In this document: positions 9,743 through 19,200 of the stretch, piece after piece
Layout of the letters: each line of letters begins with the position of its first letter
Position numbering within the stretch: position 1 is the stretch's first letter
IMG/VR virus record: IMGVR_UViG_3300021962_007611
Coordinates: 70 to 64,069 of that record
Source of the DNA: a virus
Lineage: Duplodnaviria; Caudoviricetes
DNA length: 64,000 nucleotides
Strand: one strand, 5' to 3'
The notes under the pieces: generated by a model
What the model saw: the letters and a program-made list of their open reading frames with translations, nothing else
Database searches by the model: none
What the model was told of the DNA's origin: nothing
Position numbers and translations under genes: made by a program

Positions 9743-10276
9743 ATGGCAAAATATCTTTCAACAAAAACATACGGCAACGACAGAGGTCTTAGTTGCTGTT
9801 TCAGACAATGGCGTGCCACACATAGCCATTGCTCACTACTACACGGCTACTCAATTGGCATCAAACTTGTGTTCGAATGCGACACACTTGATGAAAAAAA
9901 TTGGGGAATGGATTTCGGTGGATTAAAAGATTTCAAAGCATGGGCAGACCATATGTTTGATCACACTACTATAATCGCACAAGACGATCCGCTGTTAGAC
10001 CGATTCAAAGAAATGGCTGGTTGGAGCAGTGATTCGGAACACGATGGTAATCCAGAACGTGTACAAATCGAACCTTTCCGTCGCAAAGGTGTTTGTGATC
10101 TACGCATCGTAGAAGGTGTAGGCTGTGAACTATTTGCTAAGATGTGCTATGACAAAATGGATTGGCTATTGAAGAATGGCAACCATCGCTATCCTCTTAA
10201 CCCAACAGTCCGCATCAGAAGTGTAGAGGTGTTCGAACACGCAGGTAATTCTGCGACCTATGAAGGCGATGCGTAA
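9743..10276 (+). CDS. queD: 6-carboxy-5,6,7,8-tetrahydropterin synthase (QueD/PTPS)
   Basis: HCSLLHGYS (CxxxHG), MDFG, FDH, VEVFE motifs; AGGAG SD. Confidence 0.85.
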   Translation: MAKYLSTKTYGNDRGLSCCFRQWRATHSHCSLLHGYSIGIKLVFECDTLDEKNWGMDFGGLKDFKAWADHMFDHTTIIAQDDPLLDRFKEMAGWSSDSEHDGNPERVQIEPFRRKGVCDLRIVEGVGCELFAKMCYDKMDWLLKNGNHRYPLNPTVRIRSVEVFEHAGNSATYEGDA

Positions 10277-10427
10277 ACTATGGCATATATGGGCTAAGGC
10301 CCTAGGCGAAAAGGCAGGTGCTACCAAGCAGGAAGCTGATATGGTGGCGCTTGTTCGCACATTCATTGTCCTTTCTTATTTGATCACAAACTGTTTTATT
10401 ATCGCAGGTGTAATAAGGCACTGGTAA
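10269..10427 (+). CDS. small membrane protein (not in the ORF track)
   Basis: 52 aa MRKLWHIWAKALGEKAG...NCFIIAGVIRHW; overlaps both neighbours. Confidence 0.6.
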   Translation: MRKLWHIWAKALGEKAGATKQEADMVALVRTFIVLSYLITNCFIIAGVIRHW

Positions 10428-11122
10428 TGTTAAATGTTATCTGTTTAAAACACGGTACCAAATACGGTCCAGAATATGTAAACAAATTGTACAATATGGT
10501 ACAGAGACACCTGCATGTTCCGTATCGTTTTGTTTGTTTTACAGATGACATCACTGACATAAATCCAAGCATCGAAACAAGGTTACTTCCCCTGTCTACT
10601 ATATCAGGTTGGTGGTGGAAACCTTATGTTTTTAAACAAGACCATTTTCCCTACGGTGACACTAATCTTTTTCTAGATCTTGATACAGTCATCGTAAAAA
10701 ACTTCACACAACTGATAGAATATCTTCCAGGAAAATTTCTAGGACTTAGAGACGTTGGCCGAGTATTCAGGCCTGATTATCAAAAATTAGGCAGTGCTGT
10801 CATGCGTTGGCAAGCGGGCCAATTTTCTGATATTTGGACAGACATGGAAAAGAATCCAGGAATCATGAGAAAGTTTCATGGAGACCAAGATTGGATATGG
10901 CACCTACATAAGAACAATATTACGTTTTTTCCGGATGCGTGGATTAGAAGTTATAAGTGGGAAATTAGATCTAGAGACGAAATACAAGGTCTAGGGCAAC
11001 GTGCGAGATTTATGTCTGTTAGAAATCCTGTAGTTCCCACCGATTGTTGTATTTTGGCCTTCCACGGTCATCCAAGAGTTGATCAGGTTCAAGATCCTAT
11101 TATTTTAGATAATTGGCAATAA
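10427..11122 (+). CDS. GT-A glycosyltransferase (GT8-like)
   Basis: ICLKHGTKY, CFTD, WWKP, FLDLD (DxD), GDQDWI, FHGHP. Confidence 0.75.
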   Translation: MLNVICLKHGTKYGPEYVNKLYNMVQRHLHVPYRFVCFTDDITDINPSIETRLLPLSTISGWWWKPYVFKQDHFPYGDTNLFLDLDTVIVKNFTQLIEYLPGKFLGLRDVGRVFRPDYQKLGSAVMRWQAGQFSDIWTDMEKNPGIMRKFHGDQDWIWHLHKNNITFFPDAWIRSYKWEIRSRDEIQGLGQRARFMSVRNPVVPTDCCILAFHGHPRVDQVQDPIILDNWQ

Positions 11123-11909
11123 GTCTCTGAGGGACTCCCTGTTCCATTTCTTTCTGTGTCCATTCTGTCCAACAAAGATCGTTAAACCACTGCTGACGAT
11201 TTGGCCTGATCGGTTCTTCAATAAATTTTAAATCCGTATTAGCCACTGGGGCTGCAAGGCTATTAGCTGCTACGAAAGAAGGAACACCTTTGATCACTGC
11301 CTGGATTCCGGGATTAGAATTCCATGTCACTACGGCCCAAGATCTTTTTATCTCTGTTAAAAAGTCACCGTTACTAAGAGCGATAGGACTGCGTAGTCTT
11401 ACAGGGCATCGAGGATGAGGACGAAACACTATAGGACGATCTGTATATTTTTTCAATTCATTAATTGTCTGTTCTAGCCAAACATTCATAGGAGGATTGG
11501 ATTCCCATTGATGACTTTTTTCATGTTGACCGCATATTAGAACCTGCTGTCCACTCATAGTCCAATCATCTAATGACAGCCCTAGATCTTTGGCACGTTG
11601 ATCATCGTTGTTTGCTTGATTAAAGTATGAACCAAGATTGATACCGTTGATTCCGATCTTCCAAGTTTTGTCTCTGATTAGATTCCCGATTTCTAATACA
11701 ACAACTGGTTTTCCTAAATTCCTATATCTATCCCAGATAGTTTTGTTTTCTCTCATTCGGCCGTTCCACAATACACTCCAGATTACCGCAACGTCACCAT
11801 TATTGTGTTTACCAATTTCATGACCGGCCTTTACTAATCCCAATCTAAAACTTTCGAAGATTGGAGGACTATTTAGAGCACCATACTGTGGATATAAATC
11901 AAAAATCAT
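11100..11909 (-). CDS. capsular polysaccharide biosynthesis-like (KpsS/KpsC-like) glycosyltransferase
   Basis: VLICGQ, FRPHP, VTWNSNPGIQAVIKGVP motifs; probable start MIFDLY. Confidence 0.6.
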   Translation of the reverse strand: MIFDLYPQYGALNSPPIFESFRLGLVKAGHEIGKHNNGDVAVIWSVLWNGRMRENKTIWDRYRNLGKPVVVLEIGNLIRDKTWKIGINGINLGSYFNQANNDDQRAKDLGLSLDDWTMSGQQVLICGQHEKSHQWESNPPMNVWLEQTINELKKYTDRPIVFRPHPRCPVRLRSPIALSNGDFLTEIKRSWAVVTWNSNPGIQAVIKGVPSFVAANSLAAPVANTDLKFIEEPIRPNRQQWFNDLCWTEWTQKEMEQGVPQRLIANYLK

Positions 11910-11919
11910 ACAGTATATA

Positions 11920-11948
11920 TTGACTTTTAGATCTACTGACTGTATAAT
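11920..11948 (+). promoter_or_regulatory. sigma70 promoter (probably leaderless transcript)
   Basis: TTGACT-17 nt-TATAAT, 6 nt before ATG 11955. Confidence 0.75.
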
Positions 11949-11954
11949 AAGACT

Positions 11955-12257
11955 ATGACTATTACACGCGAACAACTATCCGAACTGCTACATTCAGGCG
12001 AATGCGTAGTAGAATTTACCAAAGTAAACGGTGAGGTGCGTACAATGCCTTGTACACTCAACGAATCTTTAATTCCTCTACCGCCAGCACACGTTACTAA
12101 TACAGATAATCCTATTGACTTTCCTAAGCCTAAAAAAGAAAAGAAGGTTAATCTAGATGTAATGAGTGTTTGGTGCCTAGATAAAAAGGAATGGCGATCC
12201 TTCCGTATTGCCAATGTAATTTCAGCGAAAGCCAAAATTGAAGATCACGGCGCATAA
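11955..12257 (+). CDS. WYL_2/DUF2693-like SH3-fold phage protein
   Basis: VEFTKVNGEVRTMPCTL and WRSFR motifs. Confidence 0.65.
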   Translation: MTITREQLSELLHSGECVVEFTKVNGEVRTMPCTLNESLIPLPPAHVTNTDNPIDFPKPKKEKKVNLDVMSVWCLDKKEWRSFRIANVISAKAKIEDHGA

Positions 12258-12468
12258 AAGTCAAATTCGTACAATCAAACAAGACGATCCCCGTTTTCGT
12301 ATTGTTGACAAATTCACGAGCTGTGGTAGAGCAGGATTCGAAATTTCAAAACAATGTCCACGAGAGTACGGATTAATTTTATCCGAATGTATCGATCGAG
12401 GTTGGATCCAACCTGTGGCCTATATGACAGAACGTGAACTCCTTATTTCGGGATTATCTAATGGTTAA
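12238..12468 (+). CDS. hypothetical protein
   Basis: 76-aa ORF bridging its neighbours. Confidence 0.5.
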   Translation: MKITAHKSQIRTIKQDDPRFRIVDKFTSCGRAGFEISKQCPREYGLILSECIDRGWIQPVAYMTERELLISGLSNG

Positions 12469-13519
12469 ACGCATCGGCTTTGCCTGTAAGTGGATCGACG
12501 GTCCTTCACAGATCGACGGCATAAAACAGAAAGATAACTGTAAACAATATAACACTGGCAGCACCACTGTGGCTTGGTTAAATAGACAGTCCAGGGATGT
12601 TGCTGAACAGAAGCTATGGGACCTAATGGTACAAAATATAGAATCTGTTCGTAAACTTGTTTCTCTGGTAGGAGAACAAGATGAAAATCTTAGAATGGTA
12701 CGACTCAGTAGCGATATCCTTCCTGTTTACACTGAGCCAACTTGGGGCAGGTTCTGGCGGAATACCGACGTCCGATCCTATTGCGAAAGAGAATTTAAGC
12801 GAATTGGAGATTTGGCTCGTGCGATGGATGTTCGCTTGTCTTTTCATCCCGGCCAGTTTACTGTCCTTGCTAGCGATAATCCTGATATTGTAAACAGATC
12901 AATTGAGGAATTTGAGTATCATGTGGACATGGCTCGCTGGATGGGATATGGTCAAACGTTTCAAGACTTTAAAATCAATGTTCACATCGCAGGTCGACAA
13001 GGCCCCAATGGAATACGTTCTGCGTTGGCTAGGATGACGCCCGAAGCACGTAATACACTAACCATCGAAAATGACGAAATGACCTGGGGTATTGAAGACA
13101 GTCTTGAACTAGTCAACGACTGTGCCCTAGTCCTAGACATCCATCATCACTGGATTAAAACTGGAGAATATATTGAAGCATCTGACGACCGTGTTAAAAG
13201 GATTATTGATAGTTGGCGTGGTGTTAGGCCTGTGTTACATTATAGTGTTTCACGGGAAGACATTGTTATTGACCATGCCACAGACACCCTTCCCTCCCTT
13301 GATACGCTAATGGATCAAGGGCATAAAAAAGCAAAACTCAGAGCACACTCAAATTTCTACTGGAATACAGCAGCGAATGAATGGGCACTGAGTTTTAGGG
13401 AACAGTTCGATATTATGTGCGAAAGCAAAGCTAAAAATCTAGCATCGTTCGCACTCTACGAACAGGCAAAGAAGATTACTTTGCCTTTGGCTTGCGACCG
13501 CGGCCTGATGCTTTCTTAA
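12461..13519 (+). CDS. uvsE: UV damage endonuclease
   Basis: RIGFAC, RLSSD, RLSFHPGQF, IENDE, LDIHHH, HYS, AHS, CESKAK. Confidence 0.9.
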   Translation: MVKRIGFACKWIDGPSQIDGIKQKDNCKQYNTGSTTVAWLNRQSRDVAEQKLWDLMVQNIESVRKLVSLVGEQDENLRMVRLSSDILPVYTEPTWGRFWRNTDVRSYCEREFKRIGDLARAMDVRLSFHPGQFTVLASDNPDIVNRSIEEFEYHVDMARWMGYGQTFQDFKINVHIAGRQGPNGIRSALARMTPEARNTLTIENDEMTWGIEDSLELVNDCALVLDIHHHWIKTGEYIEASDDRVKRIIDSWRGVRPVLHYSVSREDIVIDHATDTLPSLDTLMDQGHKKAKLRAHSNFYWNTAANEWALSFREQFDIMCESKAKNLASFALYEQAKKITLPLACDRGLMLS

Positions 13520-13784
13520 CAGTTTCTTTAGCTTTGGCGGTTGTCTTTTTGGCAACTGCCTTGGCTTTTTCTGTTACGACTTTAACATCTGCGGCATCTA
13601 CTTTACCGTCTTTGTTTACGTCAGCAGCAGATTTAACACCTTCTACTACGTGTTGGACAGCGGCTTTAGCGTCAGCAGCATCTACTTTACCATCATTGTT
13701 TACATCCAAACTCTTAGAGTTACGACCGTAATAAATGAAAGCACCTAATGCTACTACAACTACTGCGAAAAGTACGATTTCCAT
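13476..13784 (-). CDS. membrane-anchored EF-hand/dockerin-like protein with Lys/Ala tail
   Basis: N-terminal TM segment, two DVN.DGKVDAAD repeats; AGGAGG SD. Confidence 0.75.
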   Translation of the reverse strand: MEIVLFAVVVVALGAFIYYGRNSKSLDVNNDGKVDAADAKAAVQHVVEGVKSAADVNKDGKVDAADVKVVTEKAKAVAKKTTAKAKETVKKASGRGRKPKAK

Positions 13785-13804
13785 GGATAAATCCTCCTGT
13801 GGTT

Positions 13805-13819
13805 TATTTACAATAAATA
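13805..13819. promoter_or_regulatory. divergent late promoter pair
   Basis: TAAATA on minus strand 13805-13810; AATAAATA on plus strand 13812-13819. Confidence 0.55.
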
Positions 13820-13824
13820 CAGAT

Positions 13825-14391
13825 ATGACACTACATTTTTTGAAATATTTGACTGAAAACTCGGATAGAAGAGAAGTCCATCAACTTAAATTGAGTTTTG
13901 AGAAAACAGAACTAGACCCTGTCATGAGTGAAGCTACTCTAAAATATCACTACGACGGACTTGCTTCTAAATATTTTGATCGATATAACAAGGGAGAAGG
14001 AGACCCAGATTTTAATTATGGAGGTGCTATGCTTCATAATATATTTTTCGGAAATCTTACCCCACCAAGAGCAGCAAATAAACCCACGGGGATCAGTAAC
14101 GAAATCATAGAGAAAAAATACGATTCTTTTGATAAGTTCAAAGAAGCAGTTGAAAAAGAATTTATGGCAGCACAGGGGTCTAATTGGATCTATATGGACT
14201 CAACTGGTACGTTACATACTATTCATAATCACGAGTATAAAAGAACTATGAAAATAGCATTGTTGATCGATGCTTGGGAACATGCCTGGGCGTTAGATTA
14301 TCAGCAAGACAAAGCAAAATATCTCTCAAATATTTGGAGAATTATTAATTGGGATGTAGTAAACGATCGTTTAACCACAGCAGGAGATTAA
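13825..14391 (+). CDS. Fe/Mn superoxide dismutase
   Basis: LDPVMSEATLKYH, LHNIFF, GSNW, DAWEHAW.LDYQ, WRIINW. Confidence 0.85.
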   Translation: MTLHFLKYLTENSDRREVHQLKLSFEKTELDPVMSEATLKYHYDGLASKYFDRYNKGEGDPDFNYGGAMLHNIFFGNLTPPRAANKPTGISNEIIEKKYDSFDKFKEAVEKEFMAAQGSNWIYMDSTGTLHTIHNHEYKRTMKIALLIDAWEHAWALDYQQDKAKYLSNIWRIINWDVVNDRLTTAGD

Positions 14392-14392
14392 A

Positions 14393-14785
14393 ATGGCATA
14401 TAGTGACAAAGTAATCGATCACTATGAAAATCCACGTAACGTTGGCAGTTTCTCTAAAGATGAGCCCGGAGTAGGCACAGGAATGGTCGGTGCTCCTGCC
14501 TGCGGCGATGTTATGAAATTACAGATAAAGGTAGATGATGATACAGGTATTATTACAGATGCAAAATTTAAAACGTATGGCTGTGGATCGGCTATCGCGA
14601 GTTCGAGCCTTGTCACAGAGTGGCTTAAAGGCAAAACACTCGACGAAGCCGGAACAATCAAAAACTCCGAAATTGCCACAGAACTAGCCCTGCCACCAGT
14701 TAAGATACATTGTTCAATACTAGCAGAAGACGCTATCAAAGCGGCTGTAAAGGACTATAAAGAAAAGTATGATACAACTAACTGA
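14393..14785 (+). CDS. iscU: Fe-S cluster scaffold IscU
   Basis: YSDKVIDHYENPRNVG, APACGD, GCGSAIAS, LPPVKIHCS. Confidence 0.95.
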   Translation: MAYSDKVIDHYENPRNVGSFSKDEPGVGTGMVGAPACGDVMKLQIKVDDDTGIITDAKFKTYGCGSAIASSSLVTEWLKGKTLDEAGTIKNSEIATELALPPVKIHCSILAEDAIKAAVKDYKEKYDTTN

Positions 14786-15098
14786 ACTAGCAGCTTCTAA
14801 AGTAAAAGAAGCGATCGAAAAACGTGGCAAAGGCCTAGGCATAAAGTTAGGTGTAAAAACCACAGGTTGTTCTGGTTTGAGCTATGTGCTAGAATATGTT
14901 GATATAGAACAGGGTAAAGAACACTGTATCGAGCATCATGATGTAAATGGTGTTCGCATATACATGGATCCAAAGCATAGACCATATCTTTACGGCCTAA
15001 CTATGGATTGGATTAAGAAAGGCTTAAACGAAGGATTTGATTTTATCAACCCTAATGAGCGAGATCGCTGCGGGTGCGGCGAGTCGTTTAGGGTCTAA
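14769..15098 (+). CDS. iscA: A-type Fe-S carrier IscA
   Basis: VKTTGCSGLSY, CGCGESF. Confidence 0.9.
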   Translation: MIQLTELAASKVKEAIEKRGKGLGIKLGVKTTGCSGLSYVLEYVDIEQGKEHCIEHHDVNGVRIYMDPKHRPYLYGLTMDWIKKGLNEGFDFINPNERDRCGCGESFRV

Positions 15099-15099
15099 A

Positions 15100-15195
15100 A
15101 CACCTACCTTAGGACGTTATCGTTACATAGGTGTGCCCGGCTGCTGGGCAGGTCGTTATGGGAGTCGTGCCCCGGAATGGCGACCTAAGTGAGCA
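15100..15195 (+). ncRNA. putative structured RNA (three helices, possible pseudoknot or switch)
   Basis: GC-rich intergenic island: ACACCUA/UAGGUGU, GCCCGG/CUGGGC, AGGUCGUUAU/AUGGCGACCU; strand uncertain. Confidence 0.5.
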
Positions 15196-15210
15196 TTTTT
15201 CTATAATCGA

Positions 15211-15849
15211 ATGCCGACAATAGCGATATTTGTACATCATCCGTTATGTGCCGTTGACTCGATCAACGGTATCATAGAAGCATTATCACCGAATTATCGA
15301 TTTAAAATTTTCACCAAGCACGACATAGAGGATACATATTTCGACGACGTAGACGTTGTCTGTTTTCCCGGAGGTTTAGGTGATAGCGACAGATTTGATG
15401 TTATTCTTAATAGGCATGCTGATACCATTCGTAATTGGGTCAAGGGCGGTGGCAGGTACCTGGGTATTTGTCTCGGTGCTTACTGGGCTAGTCATTATTA
15501 TTTCGATATTCTCGCTCCGGGCACTAGTGTGGAACAATACATTAAACGCCCCAATGCCGACACAAGACGTCCTCATGCCAAAGGACAGTTGGTCAGTTGG
15601 CAAGGGCAAGTAGAAAGGATGTACTTCTATGACGGCTGTACTATTACTGGTAATAATTTGGACATTGTGGCTACCTATAGCAACGGTGATCCTATGGCTG
15701 TTATACAGGGGAAAATTGGCTTAATTGGGTGCCACCCCGAAAGCACTAAAGTCTGGTATGACTATCACTCATGGATGCCCAAACATTGGCACCACGGAAA
15801 ACATCATAAACTGCTATTAGAATTCGTAGATGAGCTGATGCGTCGCTAG
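15211..15849 (+). CDS. class I glutamine amidotransferase-like (BPL_N-type) protein
   Basis: FPGG, YLGICLGAY nucleophile elbow, HPE. Confidence 0.75.
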   Translation: MPTIAIFVHHPLCAVDSINGIIEALSPNYRFKIFTKHDIEDTYFDDVDVVCFPGGLGDSDRFDVILNRHADTIRNWVKGGGRYLGICLGAYWASHYYFDILAPGTSVEQYIKRPNADTRRPHAKGQLVSWQGQVERMYFYDGCTITGNNLDIVATYSNGDPMAVIQGKIGLIGCHPESTKVWYDYHSWMPKHWHHGKHHKLLLEFVDELMRR

Positions 15850-16133
15850 TATTTTCCCACAGGTAGCGTTGAACTAGCAGGCATATCCCAAATAGCTTTA
15901 CGTTCTACTGCTTTTCGTTTAGCAAATCTTTTAGCATCACAGTTAGCACAGACATGAAAATAATTGTTGCTGAGTCTACGATGATCCATCTGTTTTAAAT
16001 CTCTTTCAAACTTTTCATCACAGTTATCGCAACGAAATAGTGCGACTGTTCGTTCTCTAATATAGGTATGCTCAACACCTAATTTACTGATGCGAACATA
16101 TTCTGCTGATCTTGTTTCTTTCTTTAGGAACAT
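15846..16133 (-). CDS. zinc-ribbon protein
   Basis: CDNC...CANC; probable start MFLKK 5 nt after TAAATA. Confidence 0.65.
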   Translation of the reverse strand: MFLKKETRSAEYVRISKLGVEHTYIRERTVALFRCDNCDEKFERDLKQMDHRRLSNNYFHVCANCDAKRFAKRKAVERKAIWDMPASSTLPVGKY

Positions 16134-16138
16134 ACAGT

Positions 16139-16174
16139 TATTTACATTCGGCTTGTAGAATTTTGGGCTAAATA
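16139..16174. promoter_or_regulatory. divergent late promoter pair
   Basis: TAAATA on minus strand 16139-16144 and on plus strand 16169-16174. Confidence 0.55.
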
Positions 16175-16205
16175 TCAATTATAAGGTATCCAACGGAGTC
16201 CCCTA

Positions 16206-19200
16206 ATGTCAAGAAAAGAAATTAATATCGGTATCGAAGGTAATGACGGTACAGGCGACAGTATTCGCGATTCGTTCCAGAAAGTCAACGAAAACTTTAC
16301 AGAACTCTATGCTATCCTAGGTCAAGGTGGTAAACTATCCTTTATCGGCCTAGAGGATGTTGAAAAAGAAAGAACAGTTAAAAATTATCGGAGCTCCGAT
16401 AATAACAGGGTGTTAGTAGTTGATTCTGAAGGAGAACAGATAGTTTTTAAAGAACTTGTCGGTTCAGAAACTATTATTGTTAACCAAAGTATTCCGGGGC
16501 AGATCCGTTTAAGTTCTCTAGCATCAGCACTTATTAATGACCCTGATCCTACACTACAAACCAATCTCAATGCTAACTTTAAGAGATTAACCAATGTCGG
16601 CGAAGCTACAGAAGATACCGATGCTGCTACCAAAGAATATGTTGATAACAAATTAAGTCTTGACGGCACTGATGCTATTGACGTTAGTGGTAATGCTAGA
16701 CCAGATTGGGGTCTAATGCGTGGTCCGTTAGTGTTATCACGAAATCCTATTGAAGAAGATGATCTAGAATACAACGGGCTTGTTGCTGCTACTAAAGCCT
16801 ATGTTGACAGCAAAACATTTTCTAGCGAATATAACCTTTATGTTAGTCCTAAAGGAATCGACGAAAGAACAGATATTCCGCAGAATCAAATAGGTAGATC
16901 AGAAGCTACTGCTTACGCTACCATACAAAAGGCCTGCGAAACCGCAGAAGAAATGGTAAACGAAGCTCCATTAGAGCTAGGCCCATATCAAAAGATCTTA
17001 ACCTATGCTAATGGAACAAAGTACTGCGAAATAGTATCCGTCGAAGAATCTGAACTGTCAGGTGACGGCTGTACCGCAGTGGCAAGGATGGGTATTGACG
17101 ATGAGGGATCTCTGATACAGATATTAATCGCAGGTACTGGTTATCAGAAGGACGATATCCTAACACCTAACGGTGGAACATACCTAGGTCAAGAAGCTCA
17201 GTTTAGAGTTGTCGCGGTCGATTTCGCTGGTTCTATTTTACAATTAGCTATGAATGTCGACGCCGACGGAGTAAGACAACAAGGTATCTATAGTATATTA
17301 CCGCAGTCGCACGTAGACAATGATTATCTTTTATTAGTCGGAGGTTCAGGTTCAGGTACTGCTCGTGTCCGAGTTCGTTGGACTGTCACACAAATCGACG
17401 TAACTGCTACAGGTAGCGGCTATACTTCTGCTTCTGTTATTTTTAACGGAGGAGGAGGCAGCGGTTCGGAAGCCTTTATTACTGAAATTGGCGGAGAGGT
17501 CAAAGAAATCACAGTTACTAAGGGAGGCATCGGGTACACCGGTATTCCTGATGTAGCAGTATACCTACCAAGGATGTTGATCAAAACTGAAAGATTGAAC
17601 ACAGATTTCTTAGACGATATCAGAGAAGGTCAAGCTCTTCGAGGCGAAACGTCCGGTGCTCTAGCTAGGATCGTTCAGCACGACGGTTCTTTGAATGAGG
17701 ACGGCGACGAGATTTTTGAAATTGAAGTTATTAATGGTGTTTTTCAAATCGGAGAAAGGCTAAGTTACGCCGACCTAACAAGAAATATACAGATCACAAT
17801 TAACGTTGAAACTGGAATCTATTATGAGAACTATCCATTAAGACTAGCAGAAAACGTAACTATTAGAGGAAACGACCTACGTCGTAGTATCGTTAGACCA
17901 AAACCAGGTATCAGTGAATCACCATGGGTTAGAGTTTTCTTTAGACGAGATAGAGTTATCGATGAGCTAAGAGTAACCGATTATGAATATGGTTATCAGT
18001 ATCTAACTGATCCTCTAGACTATTCGAGCCAACCGAAAAACAACGATGAAATAGATGCTTGTTTAGTAAATGATGCCACAAGGCTTTCCGAGATTTCATT
18101 CCAGGGACACGGCGGTTTCGTTATGGTCTTAGACCCTAACGGACAGATCCTTTCTAAATCACCATATTTCCAAACTGGTACTAGTTTTTCTAAGAGCATC
18201 AACGAACACCAGTTCGCAGGAGGACAATTCATTGACGGCTTCTCTGGTAACCTAGAAGGTGTCTTGTTGAGACAGGTGCCGGTAGATCCATCAGATCCTG
18301 CTTATATCCCCTCTGATCCAACAACCTTCAAAGAATACCAAAAGGTTATTATCGGTGGTCTGATGCGTCCGCTTAGCCTACCGACGTCATTTACCATAGG
18401 TGAAAATCTTTATAGAGTCACCTTATCAAACAGAATTGAAACAGGATTCTTCGATACAAAGATTCTATTAGAAAGAAACAGAAGATTTATACAGACCGAA
18501 GTTGTATCTTTTGTTAACGGCGAATTTCCTACTTTAGATTATAATGAAGACAAATGTTTCCGAGATGTTGGCTTATTAGTCGATGCGGTCGTACAGGACG
18601 TTTTATACGGAGGGTACCTAAACAGTACTCAGGCAGCTAGACTTTACTTCATCGGTGGTAATACTGTAATTTCTGGTCAGGTAGCAGAAACTGTAGCAGC
18701 AATACAGAAAATTAAAGAAGTAGCGGTAGCAGTAATCACACAGGATCTAGACTATGAACGTGTAGGCACAGTAGATCAAGTATTCTTACCAGCATATCCA
18801 AGCGGCGGTGATGCTCAGACAGAAGTAGAAACAGCTTTTGATCTTATCGCCAACATTGTTGAATATGGCGAAACAATTTACAAAGCCAAAGATCTATTAC
18901 AGATCAACAAAGAAATCATCCAAGCAGAAACAATCGCTTACCTAGATGATCTATATCCTTCATTGAATTACGATCGAGACACCTGTTATCGAGATGTCGG
19001 TTACATCGTTGATGCTTGGTCTATAGATATTTTCGGCGACTTCAACAACACTGTTAGAGCAGGGTATTCGTATTACAAACAAGGCGGGAGAATCATTCCA
19101 GATTCTGGTCCTACAAGTCAATTAGCTGAAACTATTGACGGTATTGAATACGCTGCTTTACTAGCTAAAAAGATAGTTAAGAACGAATCGCTGAGCGGGT

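Noticed and set aside
15100-15195. tRNA, hammerhead or pistol ribozyme
   Set aside because: No T-loop GTTCRA or cloverleaf and no CUGANGA/GAAA core; the UUAGG/CCUAA pairing recalls pistol but the rest of its architecture is missing
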